In this document: positions 6,633 through 14,769 of the stretch, one piece after another
Numbering within the stretch: position 1 is the first letter of the stretch
Layout: every line of letters starts with the position of its first letter
NCBI GenBank assembly: GCA_964619725.1
Contig: CAZUFC010000174.1
Coordinates: 1-14,875, forward strand
From: an uncultured bacterium
GTDB taxonomy: Bacteria > CSSED10-310 > CAZUFC01
Length of the DNA: 14,875 nucleotides
Direction of reading: 5' to 3'
Notes under the pieces: model-generated
Database searches by the model: none
What the model saw: the letters and a program-made list of their open reading frames with translations, nothing else
Told to the model about the DNA's origin: nothing
Position numbers and translations under genes: made by a program

Positions 6633-8822
6633 ATGTTTCATTTTGAATTAAAGAATCATTCTGTCTTTACGTTTACGTTCAAGTTCGCCGTTATTTTTTT
6701 AATGTCTGTAGTGTTTGCGGGTCATGTTCAGGCACAAAGGAGCGGGATCATCATCAATGAATTCATGTATGATGCTCCTGGGGGCGATCCTGGAAACGAA
6801 TGGATAGAAATAGTCAACACGGCCGGCGAAGCGATTGATATGACGGGATATGATTTACGTTGCGGCGAGGCTGGTTTTTATACATTTCCTGTTTTCACGC
6901 TTCAACCTGGAACGCGGGTAACGGTTCATATAGATTTGGAGGGGACAGACAGCGAGACGGATTTGTACACGGGATTCACTTCCCAGAATATGAGCAATTC
7001 TCATGATTCAGCGGTTCTTTTCAATTCAACCTCTCATACGACAGGGACGATCGTCGATTTCATTCAGTACGGCGAAGGGGGGCAATCGTGGGAGGGAACG
7101 GCGGTATCCGCGGGGATATGGACAGAAGGCGCGTATGTCGAAATAATTCCTTCCGGGAATACGCTGGGTTTATGTCCGGACGGATCGGACAATAATTCGG
7201 TGGAGGATTGGTATGAATTCGACGTTCCGACGATGGGCGGCCCAAACGATTGTCCGCAGGCGACACCGACAGCAGTTCCCAGTCCCACATCCGGTCCTGA
7301 GCCGACAGTAACGCCGGAAATTTCCGGAACGCCTGAACCAACGCCGACGCCGACTCAAACGTCGACATCCACCGGTACGCCGACGATGAGTTTCACTCCA
7401 TCGCCCCCCACGCTGACGGCTCCACCGACCCTCAGTCCAACGGCAACCGAAACCTTCGTAACGACGCCGACTCCATCCGCAACCGCAGACGTATCGCCGA
7501 CAAGTCCGCCCACTTCTCCTCCCACTCCGCCGACACAAACGCCAACGGGAAGCATTACTGCTACGCACACTCCCATCACGCCGTCGCCCACTTCGACATC
7601 AAATACGCCCTCTCCGACCCTCACGCCTGAAAACCCCACGGCCGTTCCGACCCCTACCGCGCTGAATTACGGTCCGGACATATGGGCGGCCGGATACGTC
7701 GGTTCCTATCTGGACGAATCAGCGGGCGGTTCTCTGTCCATAATGGCGGTAATCGCAGACCCGGACGGCGATCCCGTGAAAGGCGTTTCACTGTACTATG
7801 AAGGACAACCGGCCGGCGTTACGGAAGAATTCGATACTCAGGAAAGCCTGATCATATGGGAATACGGACCTCTTGATCTTCCCGCAGGTATACCCTACGG
7901 CGAATTTCTCCTGGAACTGGCCGCCTGGGATGAAAAAGGTGAAACAGGAACCCTCTGGCCTTATCTTAATTCCGGGAGTCCGGACATCTCTCCGCACTCA
8001 GCCCCCTGGTACGCCGGCGAATTCTCCTCAGGGAACCCGGAAAGCGATCCCATCATTCTTATGGCCGGTTACCGGGAGACCAGAATTGAAAACGGCGGCG
8101 GCCAGATGACGCTTATAGCCCTGGTTTCCGATCCCCAGGGCTTAAACGATGTAACGCTGGTCGAACTCTACGCCGGCGGCGCTCCCACAGGAATATTGCT
8201 TTACGATGACGGCGAAAGCGGCGACTTCGATGCCGGCGACGGCGTGTTCGGTTATGTCCTGGAATTGGAAGAAGGCGCCCTCGATGAAGGAATATACCTC
8301 CTGGAATTGGCAGTCCGGGACGCAGCAGGCCACCAAAGCGACCTCTGGCCCTACGTAACCATCCATAAAAGCGCTCCGCCCACACCCGCCTACAATACTC
8401 CCACTCCAACGCCCACTCAGCCCGATCAACCCCAAACCCCAACTCCCGTCAATACTTTCGTTCCTCCTACTCCCATTAACGAATGCATCCAGGCGGAACC
8501 GCGCTCGTTCGATTTCGGACTCGTCTGGATCAATGAATCAGGCCCCTCAGAAACCGTCTGCGTCATACAGAACAACTGCAACTACAACGTTCAACTTTCC
8601 GTCAACAACTCAAACCCCGACAACTTCCTCCTGGAACAACCCGCGGAATGCCTGGATCAATGCACCCTGCAACAAAATTCCGAACCTATGCCCATAATCA
8701 TGAAATTCACCCCTAAATCCTGCAACCTGATCACCGGCGCCCTAGAATTGACCTTCTCAGCTCCCAATCAACCCCTCCACGAAATAACAATAAGCCTTTC
8801 CGGCACGGGCCGATGCCTGTAA
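6633..8822 (+). CDS. Secreted modular surface protein: signal peptide, lamin-tail domain, Pro/Thr linker, two homologous beta domains (second with choice-of-anchor X-like loop), Pro/Thr linker, Ig-like C-terminal domain
   Basis: Start placed at ATG 6633 (RBS, promoter, hydrophobic signal ending VQA) rather than TTG 6513. IIINEFMYD...NEWIEIVN...IDMTGYDL is the lamin-tail signature. LYDDGESGDFDAGDGVF acidic loop. C-terminal PRSFDFG...IQN...FTP...GALELT...ISLSGTG resembles ASH/choice-of-anchor D Ig folds. Confidence 0.85.
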   Translation: MFHFELKNHSVFTFTFKFAVIFLMSVVFAGHVQAQRSGIIINEFMYDAPGGDPGNEWIEIVNTAGEAIDMTGYDLRCGEAGFYTFPVFTLQPGTRVTVHIDLEGTDSETDLYTGFTSQNMSNSHDSAVLFNSTSHTTGTIVDFIQYGEGGQSWEGTAVSAGIWTEGAYVEIIPSGNTLGLCPDGSDNNSVEDWYEFDVPTMGGPNDCPQATPTAVPSPTSGPEPTVTPEISGTPEPTPTPTQTSTSTGTPTMSFTPSPPTLTAPPTLSPTATETFVTTPTPSATADVSPTSPPTSPPTPPTQTPTGSITATHTPITPSPTSTSNTPSPTLTPENPTAVPTPTALNYGPDIWAAGYVGSYLDESAGGSLSIMAVIADPDGDPVKGVSLYYEGQPAGVTEEFDTQESLIIWEYGPLDLPAGIPYGEFLLELAAWDEKGETGTLWPYLNSGSPDISPHSAPWYAGEFSSGNPESDPIILMAGYRETRIENGGGQMTLIALVSDPQGLNDVTLVELYAGGAPTGILLYDDGESGDFDAGDGVFGYVLELEEGALDEGIYLLELAVRDAAGHQSDLWPYVTIHKSAPPTPAYNTPTPTPTQPDQPQTPTPVNTFVPPTPINECIQAEPRSFDFGLVWINESGPSETVCVIQNNCNYNVQLSVNNSNPDNFLLEQPAECLDQCTLQQNSEPMPIIMKFTPKSCNLITGALELTFSAPNQPLHEITISLSGTGRCL

Positions 8823-8942
8823 TGGGATGGATGGCTAATGCTGGACAGGGACAGCAGACCCGTTTTCGTTCACTCGCCTGGAAGGCAAAGTGTATACTCC
8901 GCAAAGGTTTGCGAGAGGCTCTGACCCCATCGCAGACGCTTA

Positions 8943-11210
8943 TCAGGCGTGGCAGAGGAAGAAGTTGCTTATGCCTTTAATGGATTTGAACCCTCCTGCA
9001 ATTTCATTCAAATCCAGGTCGCTGGATACTTCCATTTCCACTATGCCTTTTAACGTGTAGGCTCCGGTTCTTTCGTAGTTGGATTTTAAGATGCGGATTC
9101 CTTTTCTGCTTAAGTTATTATGAATATCGATCAAAGGCATGCCCTTGTCACGGGCTTTATATTTCATTATTACTTTTCTGTACTTGATGTTGTCTTTCCA
9201 TTCAGCGTTCACGATATTCCGAAAATTCATAATCCGGTAAGGTTTTATGTTGGAGCATTCCACGCGGTGAACGGATAATCCTCTGTCCCGAAGGGACAAC
9301 CCGACAATTTCGTCTCCGAATTTGGGCATGCAGCAGCCCGGGATTTGAATCGGCATGGGAAAGGGTATGTTTTTCAGTTTGAACTCATCCGAGGGCGGAA
9401 AGGTTTTCTGGACCTGGTTTTCCAGCATTTCAGCGAAGAATTCCATGGTCAGTTTATCTTCCTGATCCAAAATTTCATATCTTTCCCAGAATGCATCGGA
9501 AAAGATCGATTCCATGCTGGAGAAAGCTTTTTTGAAGTCTTCAAATTCCTGACAATTCATCAGGGGAATAAGCCTGGGGATAACATAAGCGTAATAAATC
9601 CTTCCGTAATGGTAATCTTTGAAGAACGCCTTCAGATCGTCATAGCCGCAGGATTTGGCTAACCTGAGCCATCGGGGATGATTGAAATCGCATCTTACCT
9701 TGAATTTTTTCAGGAACTTACGTAGATTTCCCTTCCCCATCTCATGCGCTATACCATCCTGACGTCTCAATTCCCGTTTAATGGCCACCTTGGAGCGCTC
9801 CGTCCGGATAAAGTTCAGCCAGTTGACCTGGGGCGAAAGGTTTTCATCAGAAATAATTTCAACCGTCATACCGCTTTTTAATTGTCGGCTCAGTTTATTT
9901 CTTACGCCGTCTATAAGTCCGTTTTCCGCCGTGTTTCCCAGTTCCGTATGAATGTGATACGCCAGGTCCAGAACCGTGCTTCCTTCCGGCAGTTTAATAT
10001 GATCGCCCCTGGGCGTATAAACGTCGATTTCCTGGAACTGGACTTTCTTTGTGAGATCGAACAACTCGTCGCTTGATATATCATCAAAGGATTCGACGAT
10101 TTCCTTAAGCCAGGTGAGGTCTCTTCCGCGTCCGTCGTTTAATGCGGCGATAAGACCCAATTCATCTTCCATCGCCATTTTTAACGTGCGGATCAATATT
10201 TGAACTTTTCTACCTTCGTGAATCACCACCGTATGAAAGGACCTGTAATTATTGATTTTAGGATTATGGATGAAGTCGCGCATCCTCAAGGGCAGATGAT
10301 CGAACAAATTATGGATCACTCCCAGCGCCACGTAGCAATCATCGATTGTCTTAACGCATATTTCCAGATTGAAACTCTCAATTTTGTCGACTTCATCAAA
10401 CCTCCGGTTCTCACGCTTCAATATCTTATAAGTCTCAAATATAGGTTTTGAGAAAAACCTTACTCTCGACCATATGCTGTGCCGTTTCAGCTCATCTTCG
10501 ATTTTGCCCCGCATAGCCTCAAAATTCGACCAGTTCGTCCTGAGGCTCCTGGCCATTATACCCTGCAATTTCCGGAATTTGTTCGGATGTACATACTGAA
10601 AGGCCCAGTCTTCCATTTTACGGGCTATGACGAACAAACCCAGACGATCGGCCAGCGGAATGTAAAAAGAAGACGTTTCCCAGGCTATCCGGCGCTGCTT
10701 TTCCTCCCGAAAAACCGACAGCGATTGAATATTGTGATAACGGTCAAATATCTTGATCGGCAATATCTTTATGTCGCCCTTCATTGCATAGGACAAAATC
10801 TTTTTGATGGTTGCCGATTTTTCCTGCTTGAAAGTTTTCTTCGCTTCTTTTCCCAGTTTCGTCAACCCGTTAATAATTTCCCGGACATCCACGTTGAATT
10901 CCTTTTCAATAGTATCCAGGCTTATTCCAGCATCTTCAACCGTGTCATGAAGCAGTGCGCAAGCGATAGAAACAGCATCCATTTGATATGAAGCGCACGT
11001 TTTGGCCACTTCTATGGGGTGATGAATATAGGGCTTCCCATCCCGACGGAATTCTCCGCCATGAGCATCTAAAGCGAAATAAAAGGCTTTCGATATGAAA
11101 TGTTCATTATTGGCGTTGCGGTCGTGAAAAATGGAATGTAATTCCTCAATTTCTCTCAACCTTAATTCCAGTTCATCATTTATCAAGGTTTTTTCGGTAT
11201 TCAATTCCAT
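8943..11210 (-). CDS. Long RelA/SpoT homologue (HD hydrolase, degenerate synthetase, TGS, Zn-finger, ACT-like)
   Basis: AHGGEFRRDGKPYIHHP, LLHDTVED, IKIFDRYHN, PLADRLG. TGS VYTPRGDHIKLPEGSTVLDLAYHIHTELG. Zn-finger CCMPKFGDEIVG...VHRVECSN. GGGAGGG RBS at 11221-11227 (minus). Confidence 0.95.
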   Translation of the reverse strand: MELNTEKTLINDELELRLREIEELHSIFHDRNANNEHFISKAFYFALDAHGGEFRRDGKPYIHHPIEVAKTCASYQMDAVSIACALLHDTVEDAGISLDTIEKEFNVDVREIINGLTKLGKEAKKTFKQEKSATIKKILSYAMKGDIKILPIKIFDRYHNIQSLSVFREEKQRRIAWETSSFYIPLADRLGLFVIARKMEDWAFQYVHPNKFRKLQGIMARSLRTNWSNFEAMRGKIEDELKRHSIWSRVRFFSKPIFETYKILKRENRRFDEVDKIESFNLEICVKTIDDCYVALGVIHNLFDHLPLRMRDFIHNPKINNYRSFHTVVIHEGRKVQILIRTLKMAMEDELGLIAALNDGRGRDLTWLKEIVESFDDISSDELFDLTKKVQFQEIDVYTPRGDHIKLPEGSTVLDLAYHIHTELGNTAENGLIDGVRNKLSRQLKSGMTVEIISDENLSPQVNWLNFIRTERSKVAIKRELRRQDGIAHEMGKGNLRKFLKKFKVRCDFNHPRWLRLAKSCGYDDLKAFFKDYHYGRIYYAYVIPRLIPLMNCQEFEDFKKAFSSMESIFSDAFWERYEILDQEDKLTMEFFAEMLENQVQKTFPPSDEFKLKNIPFPMPIQIPGCCMPKFGDEIVGLSLRDRGLSVHRVECSNIKPYRIMNFRNIVNAEWKDNIKYRKVIMKYKARDKGMPLIDIHNNLSRKGIRILKSNYERTGAYTLKGIVEMEVSSDLDLNEIAGGFKSIKGISNFFLCHA

Positions 11211-11442
11211 CGTTCCACATCCCTCCCAAATAAAATTATAATTCCTGCGGGCATGCTATGCAAGCCCCCGAAAAATTTCATCATCCGGTTCCGACATCTG
11301 GTGTTCTATCCTTTCGATCGAGTCTCGGTAATGCTGCTTGAAAATCCGTTCGAGATTCTTTAGAATCCTTACTGAGCTTTATTTCTGAACTTTCTGAACC
11401 TGTGAATAGTTCCACTGGGCGAAGCCGGACAGGGAGGAGAAC

Positions 11443-12147
11443 GTGGAAGAAATCGGAATAGGAATTGTATGGTATCTCATTTTTGTTTTTGCAGCGGTTT
11501 TTCATGAAGCGGCTCATTCCTGGGTTTCTCTGAAACTGGGAGACCCCACGGCGTACAAGGGCGGACAGGTCAGCCTGGACCCGCTGCCTCACATAAAAAG
11601 GTCCCCCTTCGGCATGGTCGTGATTCCCCTGATATGCGTTTTCACGATAGGATGGCCCATCGGATTCGCAAGTGCGCCCTACGACCCGCTGTGGGCTTCC
11701 AGACATCCCAGGAAGGCTGCCAAAATGGCCATAGCAGGACCCCTGTCTAATCTGTCGCTGATCATTCTCGCGGTCGTCCTCATCAGACTCGGTTTAACCG
11801 GCGGCTTTTTTGAAGCGCCCGATTCGATCAAATTCAGTCAAATAGTCGATTCCGGCGCAGGCAATCTGGGAGTCACCCTTTCGCTTCTTTTAAGCATGTT
11901 TTTCTCCATGAATCTGATCCTCTTTGTTCTTAATATCATCCCGCTGCCTCCTCTGGACGGGTTCAACGCCCTTCCCCTGTTTCTGAAGGATGAAACAGCG
12001 GTGCGTCTGAAGAATCTTATGACGAATTCGCTCTGGCAATTGCTGGGTTTACTTTTGGTATGGCATATATTCCCGGAAATTTTCAGTCCAATATGGCTGT
12101 TTGCCGTTAACCTTATTTTCCTGGGAATGCCGGTTCAATACGGCTGA
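11443..12147 (+). CDS. Site-2 protease family (peptidase M50) intramembrane Zn metalloprotease
   Basis: HEAAH in a hydrophobic segment, LGDPTA...SLDPLPHI, AIAGPLSN, NIIPLPPLDG. GGAGGAG RBS before the GTG start. Confidence 0.95.
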   Translation: MEEIGIGIVWYLIFVFAAVFHEAAHSWVSLKLGDPTAYKGGQVSLDPLPHIKRSPFGMVVIPLICVFTIGWPIGFASAPYDPLWASRHPRKAAKMAIAGPLSNLSLIILAVVLIRLGLTGGFFEAPDSIKFSQIVDSGAGNLGVTLSLLLSMFFSMNLILFVLNIIPLPPLDGFNALPLFLKDETAVRLKNLMTNSLWQLLGLLLVWHIFPEIFSPIWLFAVNLIFLGMPVQYG

Positions 12148-12206
12148 CCTTCTCTTCGACGGGTATGCCTTATTCCTGGAATGCGCGTGAGTTTCTCCCT
12201 TCAGCC

Positions 12207-14069
12207 TCAGCCGGAAGATTCGTCAATTTCGAGATAATCTATGGTCAGAGAGCTTTGGGCGTTATAGACAATCTGCAAGGAAAAAAGCCCTTTTTTCTGC
12301 GTCCCGAAAGTTACTTCAACAAGTTGAAAATCATGCTGATATTCTCTGTTCAAAGTGATTTCTCGGTTTATAAAGATAATTTTTCTGGAAGGATCACGAA
12401 CGATTCTAAGTTCCAGGTCGGGTCCGGAGCTTATCTTGTCTTCTGCCGCAACTCTTATTTTGAGGAGATAATCCCCTTTTTCCAGATGAAAATAGGGAGT
12501 TTTCGACAGAACACCCTCATTATGAATACGTGTATCGGTCTTTCTGACGATGCCGTAGGAAGAGCGTTCATCCCTCTGATAAACTCCCGTATTATAGTAA
12601 GTTCGAGCGGCGTAGAATCTGTGGGGAAATGCCGGCGGCCTGTATTGCAGGCCGGCGAGAATCTGCATATCGCTCCACCGCCAAAGTCGCTCCGGGAAAG
12701 CATCGATAGGGGGATAGGAATTCCATTCCTGTGAAGCTGTGGAATAGACGCCTATTGCCTGAACCGCTATGGAAGCGATCATGAGGGCGCCCGGGAGTAT
12801 GACCTTCAAGTTTATTTTTCTGTATTTTCGAAGAACAGGAACGGTTAAAAGGGTCAGGAAGCCCAGAATATCGCAATTCAGCCGCGGACCGTAGGAATGT
12901 CCTCCCCACCAGTGTGAAAACTTCGATATAACGGCAAGATGCAATATGACGGCAACACTGCACATGATGAAAAAACAGCTCCTTTTTCTGAAAGCCTCAA
13001 TCATTCCGGCGACCGAGAAAAAAAACATGGGCGTGAAGACGAAGAGTCCTCTGTTAGGACTAAAAAGATTGCCCAACAGGGCTTTAGACCAGGAACCCGA
13101 CCAGCGGTCCATATCGACGTTAAGCCTGTATCCGCCTAGGATGTGGTCAAAGTAATAAAGATTGAAACTGACGAAAAATGCTGCAGGCGCAACGGCCCCT
13201 GCCAGAAAAAGCAAAACGGCTTTCCCGCGTCGCGTTCTGAATAGCATGCAAATAAATATAACGGCAGCTCCGATAAGCGCAGTAGGCCGACACGCAAAGG
13301 CGGCTCCGGCAAATAATCCGCTGAAAAATATCGATCTGAGCTTAAGGTTGAGATCATCCGTTGATCTTAACAGAAAAAGAAGGGATGCATTAAGGCATAA
13401 AAGAACAGGTCCGTGCTGCCAGGGAGCCTGACTGCAGGAACTCCACGCGGAAGTTCCAAAGGCATAGAACATAGTAAGACTCAAAGTCCATTTCCAGGAT
13501 AGAAAACGCCGCAGTATCAGGAAAAGCAGCACGGCCGACAATGCCGTTATGACTGAAGCCGTCGCCTTTCCCTGCCTGAGGAAATATTCCGGCTGCAGTC
13601 CTGCGCCGAACAGCCTGGCCGTCAGATGAACCGGTATTCCGAACAGCGCCGGAGCCGCCGGAAATACTGACAAAAAACGCCCCCTGATCTGATAGGCCCC
13701 ACCAAATTTCATATGTCCCCGGAATTCGGACAAATCTGCGGTTCCGTCACGTAAAAGCGTCGCCGGCAGATATCGGGCGCCGAATGTATCAGGAGGTTCC
13801 GGCATCCATGCGCTGCTGAGATAAACCGACACAATCGCCGGCATCAAAAGAAACATAATGTCCCCAAAGCCCCATCTCCCCCGGGGTTTCAGCCATAAAC
13901 GCAAGATGCTTAACGTTCCCAGCACCGTCAAAGGGATAATGTAACGGTGAAGACTGAAACTGATGAATACTGCATGAACTTCCAGCCCCTTAGCCAAATA
14001 TGCTGAAAAGATCAGCAATCCCATCGCCGCTATCAAAACGTCAAGAAGTATTCTGAACTGTCGCTTCAT
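12207..14069 (-). CDS. Polytopic membrane protein, probable GT-C fold glycosyltransferase with C-terminal soluble beta domain
   Basis: About 12-13 hydrophobic segments, Asp in the first large loop (PPDT), motifs YAFGTSAWS..SQAPWQH, CRPT, LFSPNRGLF, WWGGHSYGPR. Hydrophilic C-terminus with PYFHLEKGDYLLKIRV. The family assignment is by resemblance. Confidence 0.7.
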   Translation of the reverse strand: MKRQFRILLDVLIAAMGLLIFSAYLAKGLEVHAVFISFSLHRYIIPLTVLGTLSILRLWLKPRGRWGFGDIMFLLMPAIVSVYLSSAWMPEPPDTFGARYLPATLLRDGTADLSEFRGHMKFGGAYQIRGRFLSVFPAAPALFGIPVHLTARLFGAGLQPEYFLRQGKATASVITALSAVLLFLILRRFLSWKWTLSLTMFYAFGTSAWSSCSQAPWQHGPVLLCLNASLLFLLRSTDDLNLKLRSIFFSGLFAGAAFACRPTALIGAAVIFICMLFRTRRGKAVLLFLAGAVAPAAFFVSFNLYYFDHILGGYRLNVDMDRWSGSWSKALLGNLFSPNRGLFVFTPMFFFSVAGMIEAFRKRSCFFIMCSVAVILHLAVISKFSHWWGGHSYGPRLNCDILGFLTLLTVPVLRKYRKINLKVILPGALMIASIAVQAIGVYSTASQEWNSYPPIDAFPERLWRWSDMQILAGLQYRPPAFPHRFYAARTYYNTGVYQRDERSSYGIVRKTDTRIHNEGVLSKTPYFHLEKGDYLLKIRVAAEDKISSGPDLELRIVRDPSRKIIFINREITLNREYQHDFQLVEVTFGTQKKGLFSLQIVYNAQSSLTIDYLEIDESSG

Positions 14070-14143
14070 CTCTCTCGCTCTTTCCCGAAAAGGAGCACAT
14101 TATACATGCCCGACCCTCTCTTTCCAATCAGTTGAATTCACTC

Positions 14144-14192
14144 CTTAAATTCGGACAGGAAAAAATGCATTTTTCTCCTGTCCGAATTTAAG
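14144..14192. repeat. Near-perfect 49-bp palindrome
   Basis: CTTAAATTCGGACAGGA AAAAATGCATTTTT C TCCTGTCCGAATTTAAG: 17-bp perfect arms around a self-complementary 14-mer, with one unpaired C at 14175. Confidence 0.9.
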
Positions 14193-14208
14193 TTTCATCA
14201 TAAAAGGA

Positions 14209-14237
14209 TTGAAAATTCCCTTTTTTACTGATATTAA
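14209..14237 (+). promoter_or_regulatory. Putative sigma70-type promoter for coaD
   Basis: TTGAAA-N17-TATTAA with TG at 14229-14230 (extended -10); AAGGAG RBS at 14274-14279. Confidence 0.35.
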
Positions 14238-14286
14238 AGCTCCGGTTTTTTCGTCACCTTGAATCAGTCATCAAAGGAGCGGCACA

Positions 14287-14769
14287 TTGGTCAAGGCAAT
14301 CTATCCCGGCAGCTTCGATCCCATAACTAACGGACATCTGGACATCATCAAAAGGGCTGTCCGCATTTTCCGGAATCTGGTCGTCGCAGTCGTCAACAAT
14401 CCGAATAAAAAAGCCCTTTTTACGGTCGAACAACGCGTTGAAATGATTGAAGCGGTTCTCCAGAATATGCCGACTGTGGAAGCTGATTCATTTCACGGCC
14501 TGCTTGTGGATTATGCCTCCAAACAAAAGGCGGACGTGATTCTCAGAGGCCTCAGGGCCGTTTCCGATTTTGAATATGAATTTCAAATGGCTATGGTCAA
14601 CCGTATGCTTCATCCCGACCTGGAAATTATGTACCTCATGCCGGATAAAGAATATTTCTTCTTGAGTTCGCGGCTGGTCAAAGAAGTGGCTGCACTGGGC
14701 GGCGATATTACGGAAATGGTTCCTGATGTCGTCAGAAAAAAACTGCTCGAACGATTCAATAAAAAATAG
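14287..14769 (+). CDS. coaD: Phosphopantetheine adenylyltransferase
   Basis: AIYPGSFDPITNGHLDII, RGLRAVSDFEYEFQMA, LSSRLVKEVA..GGDI. TTG start with AAGGAG RBS. Confidence 0.98.
   Translation: MVKAIYPGSFDPITNGHLDIIKRAVRIFRNLVVAVVNNPNKKALFTVEQRVEMIEAVLQNMPTVEADSFHGLLVDYASKQKADVILRGLRAVSDFEYEFQMAMVNRMLHPDLEIMYLMPDKEYFFLSSRLVKEVAALGGDITEMVPDVVRKKLLERFNKK

Noticed and set aside
8560-8640. Diversity-generating retroelement repeat (AAC-rich codons near a C-terminus)
   Set aside because: No second near-identical copy and no reverse transcriptase in the window.
8943-11210. RSH as a pseudogene
   Set aside because: The frame is uninterrupted for 755 aa with a good RBS, and motif loss is concentrated in the synthetase active site.
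12165-12734. 189-aa plus ORF and other long antisense ORFs (956..1429, 4216..4716, 10479..10991, 11281..11706)
   Set aside because: They are shadows of well-supported genes on the opposite strand and have no motifs of their own.
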